A DNA stretch of 64,000 nt from Candidatus Sedimenticola sp. (ex Thyasira tokunagai) (GTDB lineage: Bacteria > Pseudomonadota > Gammaproteobacteria > Chromatiales > Chromatiaceae): NCBI GenBank assembly GCA_037318855.1, contig CP134874.1, forward strand, positions 184,598 through 248,597. Reading direction: 5' to 3'. The position numbers were made by a program, and so were the translations under genes. The notes beneath the pieces are model-generated. The model did not search any database. It saw only the letters and a list, made by a program, of their open reading frames with translations, and was not told the origin of the DNA. The number at the start of each line of letters is the position of its first letter. The first letter of the stretch is position 1. Shown here in pieces: positions 53,835-62,312 of this stretch.

Positions 53835-55637
53835 ATGCTGAAAAAAATATTTTTACCTACCATCTTTTTAATTCTGATCTACGGATTCTGGGTCAGTCCT
53901 GATTTCAAGGAGATTGCGGCCGGCGTGTCCGTCTTCCTGTTCGGCATGCTGTCGCTGGAAGAGGGTTTCAAGGCGTTTACCGGCGGGGCACTGGAAAAGC
54001 TGCTGCGAAAGACGACCGACAAGCTGTGGAAGAGCGTGGCATTTGGCGTGGTCTCCACGACGGTAATGCAATCCAGTTCACTGGTGTCGGTGATTACCAT
54101 CTCATTCTTGAGTGCCGGGCTTATTGGTCTGGCGGCAGGGATTGGAATCATATTCGGTGCAAACCTGGGCACCACCACCGGTGCCTGGCTGGTGGCGGGT
54201 TTTGGTTTGAAGGTAAAGATCTCCGCTTATGCCATGCCGATGCTGGTATTTGGCATCATCCTGATTTTCCAGAAAGCAAAATCACTCAAGGGCATTGGCT
54301 ATATTCTTGCCGGTCTCGGCTTTCTGTTCCTTGGAATCCACTATATGAAAGAGGGGTTCGAGGCGTTTAAGGACAGCATCAACCTGGCGGAATACGCGGT
54401 CAGTGGTTATGGCGGCGTCTTCCTATTTGCCACTATCGGCATACTCTCTACTGTGGTTATGCAATCAAGTCACGCCACGTTGGTGTTGACCATTACGGCC
54501 CTGGCGGCAGGGCAGATTACCTACGAGAATGCACTTGGTTTGGCGATCGGTGCCAACGTGGGCACAACCATTACAGCCATTATCGGTTCAATGAGCGCAA
54601 ATGAGCAGGGCAAGCGTTTAGCCGGTGCGCACTTGATCTTTAACATGACCACAGGGCTTATCGCCATTGCGTTCATTTTTCAGTTGATGGGGATAGTGGA
54701 CAGGGTCAGTGCAGGGGTGGGCATTGCAGCAGATGATTACACGCTGAAGTTAGCCGTTTTTCATACCATATTTAATTTAATTGGCGTCAGCGTTATGCTG
54801 CCTTTTACCAACCCAATGGTGAATTTCCTTGAGAGCTATATCAAAGCGAAGCCCGTGGATATCTCCGAACCTAGGTACTTGGACGATTCGGCCCTCGATT
54901 TCCCGGATACTGCAGTAGAAGCCCTGCGTAAGGAGACGCTGCATGCATTCGATAATTCTGTGGATATTATAACTAGAGGGTTGGGGTTCCCTCGTGAAGC
55001 CATCTCCCCGGATACTGACCTTGAAGCCTATCTCAAGGCGCAGAAAAAACCGCTGACGTGCAATATAGATGACAGCTATCGGAGAAAGGTTAAAACCCTC
55101 TACAACGCTATTATCGCTTTTGTCAGCAAGGCATCGTTCACCTGGGAAATGGATCAGTCTGAAGCACTGCACTGGTTCCGAAATGCCACCAGGGATATGG
55201 TCCAGGCGTTGAAGGATATCAAGCATATGCAGGATAATATGCAGCGTTACCTGGTATCTGAAAACGAAGATATACGTGCAGAGTACAACGCAATGCGGCT
55301 GGAGATTGGACTCACCCTGCAAGAGCTGGAAAAGATTCGTGAGTATGATGATCCAGAACACGCAGCGACTACTCTGCAGGCCCTGAAGCTATCACTGCAT
55401 GATACCGATACTGAGTTCAATGATGTGTCGGTACGCATGATCAGTAAAGGCTCCATTACACCTGAGATGGGCACATCTCTTATGAATGACAGTGCCTATA
55501 CTCATGATGTAATAAGAAATCTTATTGAGGTAGGTGAAACAATTTTCGTTGCACGTGCTCAGGATGTGAGTGAAGAGCAGCGAAAGATTTTACTTGGCGA
55601 AGATGAAATGAGCGATAACCTTGATGAAGTGATCTAA
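53835..55637 (+). CDS. Na/Pi cotransporter family protein with PhoU-like C-terminus
   Basis: Two QSS/GAN-GTT repeats (MQSSSLV..GANLGTT; MQSSHAT..GANVGTT). Confidence 0.9.
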   Translation: MLKKIFLPTIFLILIYGFWVSPDFKEIAAGVSVFLFGMLSLEEGFKAFTGGALEKLLRKTTDKLWKSVAFGVVSTTVMQSSSLVSVITISFLSAGLIGLAAGIGIIFGANLGTTTGAWLVAGFGLKVKISAYAMPMLVFGIILIFQKAKSLKGIGYILAGLGFLFLGIHYMKEGFEAFKDSINLAEYAVSGYGGVFLFATIGILSTVVMQSSHATLVLTITALAAGQITYENALGLAIGANVGTTITAIIGSMSANEQGKRLAGAHLIFNMTTGLIAIAFIFQLMGIVDRVSAGVGIAADDYTLKLAVFHTIFNLIGVSVMLPFTNPMVNFLESYIKAKPVDISEPRYLDDSALDFPDTAVEALRKETLHAFDNSVDIITRGLGFPREAISPDTDLEAYLKAQKKPLTCNIDDSYRRKVKTLYNAIIAFVSKASFTWEMDQSEALHWFRNATRDMVQALKDIKHMQDNMQRYLVSENEDIRAEYNAMRLEIGLTLQELEKIREYDDPEHAATTLQALKLSLHDTDTEFNDVSVRMISKGSITPEMGTSLMNDSAYTHDVIRNLIEVGETIFVARAQDVSEEQRKILLGEDEMSDNLDEVI

Positions 55638-55717
55638 CAAATCATCAGCAGATGCCTTGAGTCAAGACCTATTCAGAGGTGCGCAAAGAGGCTGAGTATT
55701 TAGATGGAAACTCTGAC

Positions 55718-55951
55718 ATGAATACGAAGAAAATAGTTAAAAAACTGGGCGATTTTTTTTCCATGAAACGGAGTAAGCAGAAGAAGCGCAAAGCAAAGGT
55801 TGAACAAATACTCGCCAAGCTTAATAAAAGAGAGAAGGAGCTTGAAAAGTTGCTTAAGAAAAAGATGGATGGGCGAAAACAGAAGCAATTAAAGAATGAA
55901 ATCAAAGTGCTGAAAAAGCAGAAAGAGAAGGCGAAAAAATTACTTCGCTGA
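55718..55951 (+). CDS. Small Lys-rich coiled-coil hypothetical protein
   Basis: 77-aa ORF from ATG 55718, very basic, downstream of the Na/Pi transporter. Confidence 0.65.
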   Translation: MNTKKIVKKLGDFFSMKRSKQKKRKAKVEQILAKLNKREKELEKLLKKKMDGRKQKQLKNEIKVLKKQKEKAKKLLR

Positions 55952-56051
55952 GATCACCGTATTTTATCGAGACGGCACCAGGTAGTCTCAGAGCAAGTAA
56001 TATGCAGCACTTAATGAATCCAGACCTGTGCGAGTGATAACCAGTAGACTA

Positions 56052-57437
56052 TCAAGTACCCAAAGCATCCAACGGACTTGCAACCCCCAATCCCCCCTTT
56101 TTGGTCACGTGAGTGTAGATCATAGTGGTGGCCACATCAGAGTGGCCCAATAGCTCCTGTACGGTACGAATATCTGAGCCTGATTCAAGTAGATGGGTGG
56201 CGAAGGAGTGCCTGAAGGTATGGCTGGTGACTCTTTTAGTAATTCCAGCTTCAGCTGAGGCCTTTTTGACTGCTTTTTGGATAACCGAAGGGTGAATATG
56301 GTGGCGGCGCATAATACCGCTGCGTGGGTCTTGGGCAATGCGACTGGCCGGGAAGAGATATTGCCAGCGTAGCTCCCTCTCTGCATTGGGATATTTACGT
56401 GACAGGGCTTCAGGTATCATCACGCGGCCAAAGCCATCCTGCAGATCTTTATCATGCTTCAGTTTTACCCAAGCCATCTGTTTCTGCAGTATATCGACCA
56501 TCACTTGCGGCATGGGAACAACGCGGTCTTTTTTGCCTTTAGCCATACGGATATTGATCTGCTTGTAGGCAAAGTCCAAATCCATAATGCGCAGACGAAC
56601 GCACTCCATAACCCGCATACCTGTCCCGTACATCAGGCAGATCATGAGCTTCTTCATCCCCTCTATATGAGAGAAAACCTGCTCAACCTCTTTGGGGCTC
56701 AGCACAGTGGGAATACGCCTGGGGTGTTTAGGGCGCCTAAAGGGGCCGATATCACCAAGCGGAGTCTCCAAAACACGGGCATACAGAAAGACCAGTGCAT
56801 TCAACGCCAAACTCTGGGTTGCACCCGAAACCTTGCGTTGCACGGCCAAATACTCTAAAAAGGAAGCAACTTCTCGCTCAGCGCAGCCTTGAGGAAGCGC
56901 ATTTTTATGAAATCGAAGGAAGCGATTGATCCAGTGCAAGTAAGTTTGCTCGGTACTGATGGAGTAGTCAGGTATTCGCGCTGCCGCAAGATATTTACGA
57001 AAAACGTCAGGATAATGTCTTGCGAGATCATTCTTGGGATTGCTCACCGCCTTATCAATCATCTCATAGGTTCTGGCCACAGTAGGGTGATCATTTCCGA
57101 GAGGCTGAGCACCAGACGACCAGTAGTCCCAGTCAAAATCTTTTGCCCAGGGTATCTTCAACAGGTGGCAATAGAGGAGCCGCAGCGCATCCACCCGCTG
57201 TCGATATTGCCAGGTGGAAAGTGCAGCATTGCGGCCCATGAGGTTAAACCACCGCTGCAGATTATCGGGAGTCTGCCCTTTCAGACGTGTATTCGGATGG
57301 GCATCAATGTACGCCTGTACATGTCGTCGGTACCATGGAAGCGCCTTATCCGGTACCCGAAACAACTGAACAACCTCAAGATACTGCTCCCAGAACACCG
57401 TGATATGGGGATCTTCACTCTCACTCATCGAATTCAT
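56052..57437 (-). CDS. intI: Integron integrase IntI with N-terminal extension (461 aa)
   Basis: YGTGMR, KGKKDR, HTFRHSFATHL, LGHSDVATTMIYTHV, plus the IntI-specific insert ALSRKYPNAERELRWQYLFPA. Confidence 0.96.
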   Translation of the reverse strand: MNSMSESEDPHITVFWEQYLEVVQLFRVPDKALPWYRRHVQAYIDAHPNTRLKGQTPDNLQRWFNLMGRNAALSTWQYRQRVDALRLLYCHLLKIPWAKDFDWDYWSSGAQPLGNDHPTVARTYEMIDKAVSNPKNDLARHYPDVFRKYLAAARIPDYSISTEQTYLHWINRFLRFHKNALPQGCAEREVASFLEYLAVQRKVSGATQSLALNALVFLYARVLETPLGDIGPFRRPKHPRRIPTVLSPKEVEQVFSHIEGMKKLMICLMYGTGMRVMECVRLRIMDLDFAYKQINIRMAKGKKDRVVPMPQVMVDILQKQMAWVKLKHDKDLQDGFGRVMIPEALSRKYPNAERELRWQYLFPASRIAQDPRSGIMRRHHIHPSVIQKAVKKASAEAGITKRVTSHTFRHSFATHLLESGSDIRTVQELLGHSDVATTMIYTHVTKKGGLGVASPLDALGT

Positions 57438-57481
57438 GACATGAACTCCATTTCAAATCAACTAATAGAGAACAAGAGTAG

Positions 57482-57561
57482 AACGTTTGGCGGGTTATGT
57501 CAACGAACGTGCCAGCGGGTTATGTCAGAAAACGTGCCGGCAATATAATCAGCTGTTATAC
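57482..57561 (+). other. Integron attI site
   Basis: Ends in G|TTATAC (57555), divergent from intI; preceded by three ~24-bp-period direct repeats. Confidence 0.8.
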
Positions 57562-57786
57562 CGAAGGGGTTTCTTCCAGTTCCCAAAAGCTATCCACTTC
57601 GGTCAGTATGTCCTCTGTGTCACCAATAAAGTGGCTGTGCTCGTCACCATATTGAACGGTCAGCATCCAAAAGCCACCATTCACGTACCCGCTAGGGGTA
57701 GGCTGGCTGCTTCTGTCAAACTTCAGGGTAACAATCTCAAGCCCTTGTTCTTTACATGCTGCCGTTATCTTTTTCTGCTGCTCATA
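57556..57786 (-). pseudogene. Cassette 1 antisense ORF (~76 aa if one A is added to an A5 run)
   Basis: GAGG RBS + ATG AGC AGC AGA AAA AGA TAA; one extra A gives MSSRKKITAACKEQGLE...ETPSV, whose stop is the TTA of the attI core. Track GTG start 57849 lies inside attC1. Confidence 0.55.
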
Positions 57787-57795
57787 AATGCCTCG

Positions 57796-57881
57796 GTATA
57801 ACCAGTCAGCCCAACCGACCGGGGTAAGTGTCGCGCCTTTCTCTGGCACCTAGTGCCGGTCGGCTGGCTTCATCGTTAGGC
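57796..57881 (+). other. attC site 1 (86 bp, intact)
   Basis: R'' GTATAAC complements cassette start GTTATAC; arms CCAACCGACCGG / CCGGTCGGCTGG; R' GTTAGGC. Confidence 0.88.
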
Positions 57882-57893
57882 AAAAGGAAGTCT

Positions 57894-58412
57894 ATGAACT
57901 TTAGAATAAAATTTGGCTGGGCAACCACAGGAATTTGGGTATCTCTCTGGGCAGTATTTTTATATTTTGACTGGGAGTCTGCCAGCAAAATGGCATTCAA
58001 TGAATGGGGAGACTTTTTTGCAGGCGCATCAGCACCTCTTGCCTTTTTATGGCTTGTGATAGGTTATTTTCAGCAAGGAGAGGAGCTTGGTCAAAATACT
58101 AAGGCACTTGAACAACAAGAAAGAGCATTACAGCTTCAAGTAGATGAGCTTAAACAATCTGTAGAGCAACAAAACAAATCAGCTATTGCGCTAGGCAGAC
58201 AATCTGAAATTGCTGGGTTAATGGCTCGCCTTGACTCTACTAACCACATATTAGGTAGCTTAGAACGCCAAAAAGATAGAGTTACTAAATCAGATAATGT
58301 TGACACTGCAAAAAATATAAAACAAATTACGAAAAAACAGCAAAAGTATGAAACTGCTGTAGAAAAATTATTGGAAGAAATAGAAGCCCTAGTGGAGGAA
58401 TACAGTGACTGA
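57894..58412 (+). CDS. Cassette 2 ORF A: two TM helices + coiled coil, hypothetical
   Basis: NEWGDFFAGASAPLAFLWLVIGYFQQGEEL; AT-rich; starts 13 nt after R'. Confidence 0.8.
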   Translation: MNFRIKFGWATTGIWVSLWAVFLYFDWESASKMAFNEWGDFFAGASAPLAFLWLVIGYFQQGEELGQNTKALEQQERALQLQVDELKQSVEQQNKSAIALGRQSEIAGLMARLDSTNHILGSLERQKDRVTKSDNVDTAKNIKQITKKQQKYETAVEKLLEEIEALVEEYSD

Positions 58413-58692
58413 TTTGAATAGTAATATTCGTAAAAAAGCATATGGCATTATGAAGTCAATTGAGGTAATGAACGAAAAGGAAAGGATGCAACGCCCTTCA
58501 GAGTCATTTGGTGTTAATTACAATAAATTAAGGGCAATATGCCTTAGGAATAATCCAGACTTAGAAGAACTTTTACCTCCTGAAGTAAAAATTGAAAATT
58601 ATGGGTTCGATGGTGCTACAGACAAACTTACTGAGCATAATTTCTCTGAAATACATACTTTTTGCTCAGAAATAAATCAATTACTAGAATAG
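58405..58692 (+). CDS. Cassette 2 ORF B: hypothetical protein
   Basis: 95 aa, 8-bp overlap with ORF A, stop just before attC2. Confidence 0.75.
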   Translation: MTDLNSNIRKKAYGIMKSIEVMNEKERMQRPSESFGVNYNKLRAICLRNNPDLEELLPPEVKIENYGFDGATDKLTEHNFSEIHTFCSEINQLLE

Positions 58693-58694
58693 TT

Positions 58695-58784
58695 GCCTAA
58701 AAAAATGCACTCGGAAAGTCAAAAGCTACACTCCTCGTACCTCGTCGCTACGCTTTTGCCTTCCGGTGATTTTGGCTGTTAGAA
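58695..58784 (+). other. attC site 2, R'' box damaged
   Basis: GCCTAAA where GCCTAAC is expected (complement of GTTAGGC); arms CACTCGGAA.G.CAAAAGC / GCTTTTGCCTTCCGGTG; R' GTTAGAA. Confidence 0.8.
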
Positions 58785-58803
58785 GGCAAGAAGGAGGTAT
58801 TGG

Positions 58804-59419
58804 ATGATGAATCATAGAATGCCATCAGACCCACATTTGAGACGATGGATGATGTTTGTTGATGGCGAAAACTTTACTATTAGGGGACAACAATTCTGTA
58901 GTAAAAATAATATATCCCTATCAGGTGATAAATATTGGAAGAAAAATATTTACATGTGGATGCCAGGACCGAAAGCTAATGAATTGTTTTTTAATTCTGA
59001 CGAGGCAAACTTGGGATCTGCAATATTTGGGAGAAAGAGCATTTTACTATACTTCATTGACAGGTAGTTTAGAGGATAAAAATTCAGTTGAAGAGAGTCT
59101 TCATAATTTGGGCTTTAACCCAAAAGTATTTCTGAAAACTAGACAAGAAGAAAAATCAAAAGGTGTAGATGTTCACTTGACTACTGATATTTTGTCGAAT
59201 GCATATCTCAATAATTATGATGTTGCTCTTATTGTAACTGGAGATGCTGATTTTATACCTGCGATAGAAGAAGTTAAACGTTTGGGTAAAATTGTCTATG
59301 TTTGTTTTTTCACAGGAAAGGAAAACGGTCTTAGTCCTCGGTTATCATTGACATCAGATAAGAATATTAACATTACGGGGTTGTTTGAAAAGGTATGGCG
59401 AGAATGGAAGTCTTCGTAA
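58804..59419 (+). pseudogene. Cassette 3: NYN (PIN-like, LabA/DUF88) nuclease, one frameshift
   Basis: FVDGEN in frame 1; EKSKGVDVHL and VTGDADFIPAIE in frame 2; strong AAGGAGG RBS. Confidence 0.85.
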
Positions 59420-59452
59420 GCTGCCTTCTAACAAGACCAATAAACTAGGAGA

Positions 59453-60742
59453 GGGAGTGTTAGAAATTCTGTGTCATTTCAGTAAAATTAGCAAAAATAG
59501 GAATGACACATGTCTGAACAATTCGATTTCAATAAAGCCCTGGCTGCCTTGCAGAACGGTCAAGACCTGACTGGCAAGAATGGCATCCTTACTCCACTCA
59601 TCAAGCAACTGACAGAAGCAGCTCTCAAGGCTGAACTGGAGTCACATCTCGCGCTTGATGAAGCATCAAATCGTAAGAACGGCTCCAGCAGGAAAACGAT
59701 CAAGTCAACGTCAGGAAGCTTCGATCTGGACACCCCCAGAGACCGTGCAGGCTCCTTTGAGCCACAACTGATCAAGAAGCACCAGACCCACCTGACTGAT
59801 GAGATTGAGCGCAAGATTATCTCCATGTTTGGCCTGGGAATGAGCTACCAGGATATCGCCTCACATGTTGCTGAACTCTACGGTCTGAGCATCTCCAACG
59901 CACTGATCAGCAGTGTAACTGACAAGCTCATCCCCGAGCTGAAGCAGTGGCAACAGCGCCCTCTGGAGAGCCATTACCCATTTGTCTGGCTGGATGCCAT
60001 CCACTACAAGGTCAAAGAGGATGGACGCTATGGCAGCAAGGCCGTCTACACCGTGCTGGGCCTGAACCTGGAGGGCAAGAAGGAGATACTCGGCCTCTAT
60101 CTCTGAAAGTGAAGGAGCTAACTTTTGGCTATCGGTACTGACTGATCTCAGTAATCGCGGTATAGAGGATATCCTGATTGCCTCTGTCGATGGACTGAAA
60201 GGCTTTCCAGAGGCCATTAACAGCATCTTTCCTGATACAGAGGTTCAGCTCTGCGTGATACACCAGATCCGCAACTCGATGAAGTACGTTGCCTCTAAGA
60301 ATCAGAAAGCCTTTATGGCCGATCTAAAGCCCGTCTACAAGGCAGTGAACAAGGAGGCGGCAGAGGCGGCGCTGGGCGAGCTGGAGAGTCGCTGGGGCGC
60401 CCAGTACCCAATCGTACTCAAGTCGTGGCGCAGCAAGTGGGAAAATCTATCTGTCTACTTCAAATACCCTGCGGACATCCGTCGCGTGGTTTACACCACC
60501 AATGCCATTGAGGCTGTACATCGGCAGTTCCGTAAGCTGACCAAAACCAAGGGCCTTCCCGAATGAAAACAGCCTCATGAAGCTGCTCTATATGGGAATC
60601 CAGAATGCTTCAAAGAAATGGACCATGCCGATTCAGAACTGGAATTTGACTCTGTCCCAGTTGTCGATATATTTTGAAGGCCGGTTAGATGGCGTTTTGG
60701 ATATTTAACCGATTAGGCTGACACAGAATTCTGAACGCCCTC
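59453..60742 (+). mobile_element. IS256-family insertion sequence, 1290 bp
   Basis: IRs GGGAGTGTTAGAAATTCTGTGTCA / GAGGGCGTTCAGAATTCTGTGTCA; 8-bp flanks CTAGGAGA / CTAGGACA. Confidence 0.92.
59510..60708 (+). pseudogene. IS256 (Mutator) transposase, two 2-nt deletions
   Basis: VWLDAIHYKV, SVDGLKGF, QLCVIHQIRNS, YTTNAIEA in successive frames. Confidence 0.9.
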
Positions 60743-60958
60743 CTAGGACATTTTAAAGCGTGGTTTCTTTTGTGTAATTACGCTACGATATCATTCTACA
60801 CAATAGAAACTACGCTTTAAAATGCCTGTTATTGGCGACGTTGATGTAAGCTCGGTATTTTTGAGCTTTGATCTCAGTTGATTGTATTAGCCAATTCTTA
60901 CTGCCTACTTGGTCGCACTGCTGGCCCATTGATCTGACACTGAATGTCAGATCAGGTC

Positions 60959-61150
60959 TTAGTTACTACAGCTCATGCCGTGCTCAGCGAATTCCTTAAT
61001 GGCTTCTTCTGGCCATCCCACGCGCCCTTTGCTAATCGGTATCTTCTTGGGAAATTCACCTTTCGCCTCCTGGCGGTAAATGGTTGCCCGGCTTAACCCC
61101 GTTATCTCAATAACTTGCTTGATATTCAGTATTTTTTTCATATCTCTCAT
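60959..61150 (-). CDS. AlpA-family transcriptional regulator (antisense, cassette 4)
   Basis: KQVIEITGLSRATIYR...GEFPKKIPI...RVGW. Confidence 0.9.
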   Translation of the reverse strand: MRDMKKILNIKQVIEITGLSRATIYRQEAKGEFPKKIPISKGRVGWPEEAIKEFAEHGMSCSN

Positions 61151-61208
61151 GCCTAACTAGTTGCTGTTTCTGACCTCGCTGCGCTCGGCAGCAAAGCTAG
61201 TTCGTTAG
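61151..61208 (+). other. attC site 4 (short, ~60 bp) interrupted in R' by a group II intron
   Basis: GCCTAAC-TAGTT-GCTGTTTC-TGACC..GGCA-GCAAAGC-TAGTTC-GTTA; unpaired bases lie on the left arm, giving + orientation. Confidence 0.8.
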
Positions 61209-62312
61209 CGCGCCAAGCGAAGCTTGGTGCATCTTGCAGGGTGAAAGTCCCTGTCGGGTAAGGATTAGCCACCCACCCGTATTGAGTGTTGCGCTTGTGG
61301 CGGAGTGCGGGGAGAGCAAGCGCTTTCCAGTTACTGGATGACTATCCACTGACCACCGCATGAACAAAACAGGTGAAGCGTACACAGCGAATCGTATAGG
61401 CCATAGGGTGTCCGCGCACCTGAGAGCTGGAATCGCCTCGACATAAATAACTGTTCCGAGTGATGAGAGCTGTAACGTACTCGAAATCCAAGTGAAGCAA
61501 CCGAGTTGGCAAGGTTGTGGAGACTCGGCGGGGTTCTCAAGCTGTGGCATGTACGAAGAGATGTATCGAGAACTTGGGAGACCCTAATGGTTCCCGGCAA
61601 AGTGCCGGGTAGGGAAGCCAAGCCGAAAGGTGAGGCGCTGCTGGTAAGGTATGCAGATGATTTTGTCTGTGCGTTTCGCTACCGAGAGGACGCGGAGCGA
61701 TTTTACCGGACACTGCCGAAACGATTGGGTAAGTTTGGATTGGAGCTATCACCAGAGAAGACCCGGTTAATACGATTCAGTCGTTTCCATCCCGGTGGAA
61801 AACGGCGGATCTGTTTTTGGGCTTTGAACTGTACTGGGGGCATGATCGCCAAAGGCGACCTCGCCTACACCGGAGAACGGCAAAGAAGAAGTTGGTGCAG
61901 GCGGTCAAAGGGATGGGGAGTGGATTAAGCAGTTTCGCCACCTCCCACTGGCTGACTTCCGCATTGCACTGAATCGCCGCCTCCGGGGGCACTATCAATA
62001 CTTTGGATTGATAGGTAACAGTCGGCAGGTATGGCTTTACTACAAGGAAGTGATCGAACGTGTTTATAAGTGGCTGAACAGGCGAAGCCAAAGACGGAGC
62101 TACACTTGGGTGGGGTTAAATGAGATGCTGAGGCAACAGGGAATCCTGAAGCCGGAAGTAAGGAAGCTTAACTTCCCCAGGACATACCTGATATATGAAT
62201 AGGGACTCCAGCATTGCGCGGGAGTGAGTATTACTGAGGAGCCGGATGCGGTAGTACCGCACGTCCGGATCTGCATGGGGGCGCTTTGGGTAACCGGGCG
62301 TCCTACCATTAC
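61208..62312 (+). mobile_element. Group II intron A (IIB, class E-like), internally deleted for RT0-4
   Basis: 5' GCGCGCC...GGGTGAAAGTCCC, domain I end GAACTTGGGAGACCC, RT remnant LVRYADDF..LSPEKTRLIRF..WLNRRSQR, DV GAGCCGGATGCGGTAGTACCGCACGTCCGGATC (62239-62271), 3' CTACCATTAC. Confidence 0.88.

Larger units (their letters stand above)
59426..60846 (+). other. attC site 3 (long, ~125 bp when reconstructed) interrupted by IS256
   Basis: R'' TTCTAAC (complements GTTAGAA, extended TGCCTTCTAAC/GTTAGAAGGCA); after removing the IS: CATTTTAAAGCGTGGTTTC..TGTGTA / TACACA..GAAACTACGCTTTAAAATG, ending CG|TTGATG. Confidence 0.82.

Noticed and set aside
57438-57555. LexA box in the intI promoter
   Set aside because: No CTGT-N8-ACAG is present.
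57787-57849. GTG start of the 97-aa track ORF 57556-57849
   Set aside because: The start lies inside attC1; an RBS-linked ATG at 57786 is more plausible.
61190-61200. EBS2/IBS2 pairing for intron A
   Set aside because: Only short self-complementary AGCT matches were found; not distinguishable from chance without a structure model.
61151-61210. attC4 read on the minus strand, making AlpA a sense cassette
   Set aside because: Unpaired bases fall on the left arm as expected for + orientation, and no matching GCCTAAC follows AlpA on the minus strand.
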